Source: Candidatus Krumholzibacteriota bacterium
GTDB lineage: Bacteria > Krumholzibacteriota > Krumholzibacteriia > LZORAL124-64-63
Direction: 5' to 3'
DNA length: 25,537 nt
NCBI GenBank assembly: GCA_039714075.1
Contig: JBDLKA010000046.1
Coordinates: 1-25,537 of the forward strand
This document shows, one piece after another, positions 25,150-25,537 of this stretch. Each line of letters begins with the position of its first letter. Positions within the stretch are counted from its first letter, which is position 1. Below the pieces are notes generated by a model that worked only from the letters and a program-made list of their open reading frames with translations, was not told the origin of the DNA and made no database searches. A program made the translations under genes and the position numbers.

Positions 25150-25537
25150 TCACGGCGCGGAACCCCACGACTCATTCGATGTGTCAACTTCGATCCCGGC
25201 ACCTCGTTCATGCCACAACCGATGGCAGGACGCGCAAAGGGTCATCAGGTTTTCGGGTTTGTTGTTTCCCCATTGGCTTCGCGGTTTGAGGTGGTGCACT
25301 TCAAGGAACCTTGTGCGTCCGCAACCCGGGGCCCGGCAGCGGTGATTGTCCCTGGCAAAAACCTCACGGCGCACCCGGGGCGGAATTGTCGTCGTGTTGC
25401 GGCCTTTGTGTTTGCACACCGCTGCGTCGCAGCGGATTCGTTCTGATTCGGCCCTGTTCAACTCACGTTCGCCCGCGTCGGTCTGGACCGTCATGCGGCC
25501 GGTTTCCGCATTTTCGTGAACGTGGATCTGCACCGGC
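25150..25537 (-). CDS. HNH endonuclease domain protein (3' part; probably DUF222-HNH type, start lies beyond the window)
   Basis: TIPPRVRREVFARD.HRC.APGC....FLEVHH..P...GNN..ENL.TLC..CH..WH. The preceding 'AERI.CDA'-like segment is typical of DUF222-HNH proteins. The frame is open to the window end. Confidence 0.85.
   Translation of the reverse strand, partial: PVQIHVHENAETGRMTVQTDAGERELNRAESERIRCDAAVCKHKGRNTTTIPPRVRREVFARDNHRCRAPGCGRTRFLEVHHLKPRSQWGNNKPENLMTLCASCHRLWHERGAGIEVDTSNESWGSAP

Noticed and set aside
24516..25211. 231-aa minus-strand ORF overlapping the membrane protein gene
   Set aside because: It is an Arg/Gly/Pro-rich alternate frame. The 173-aa hydrophobic frame has the RBS and a coherent TM pattern.

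Overview
A GC-rich, gene-dense bacterial chromosomal segment. Secreted proteins ending in an NPFNP-type FlgD-Ig/T9SS-like domain or an 'SWGGVKSLY' tail suggest an FCB-group candidate phylum such as Krumholzibacteriota, Latescibacterota or Eisenbacteria (inference from recalled motifs). It holds 21 supportable CDSs. In order: a partial ECF sigma factor (TIGR02999-like); a 3-gene minus-strand surface-protein operon (O-antigen ligase/TPR protein, 926-aa multi-repeat protein with a sorting domain, SWG-tail protein); an in-frame HI0933/BaiN flavoprotein-ArsC fusion; a HAL2-type PAP phosphatase; OmpA with TSP3 repeats; a dockerin-tailed secreted protein; long-form guaA; divergent pcm/msrA; an FGE-fold lipoprotein; a DinB-family protein; a sodium:solute symporter coupled to ogt; an M16 peptidase; a small secreted protein divergent from an ECF sigma/FecR pair; a membrane protein; and a partial HNH protein. 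I found no rRNA, tRNA, CRISPR array, integrase or transposase. The best leads are the flavoprotein-ArsC fusion and a possible uncharacterised surface-protein sorting, glycosylation and assembly system. All family calls come from reading motifs by eye; no searches were run.
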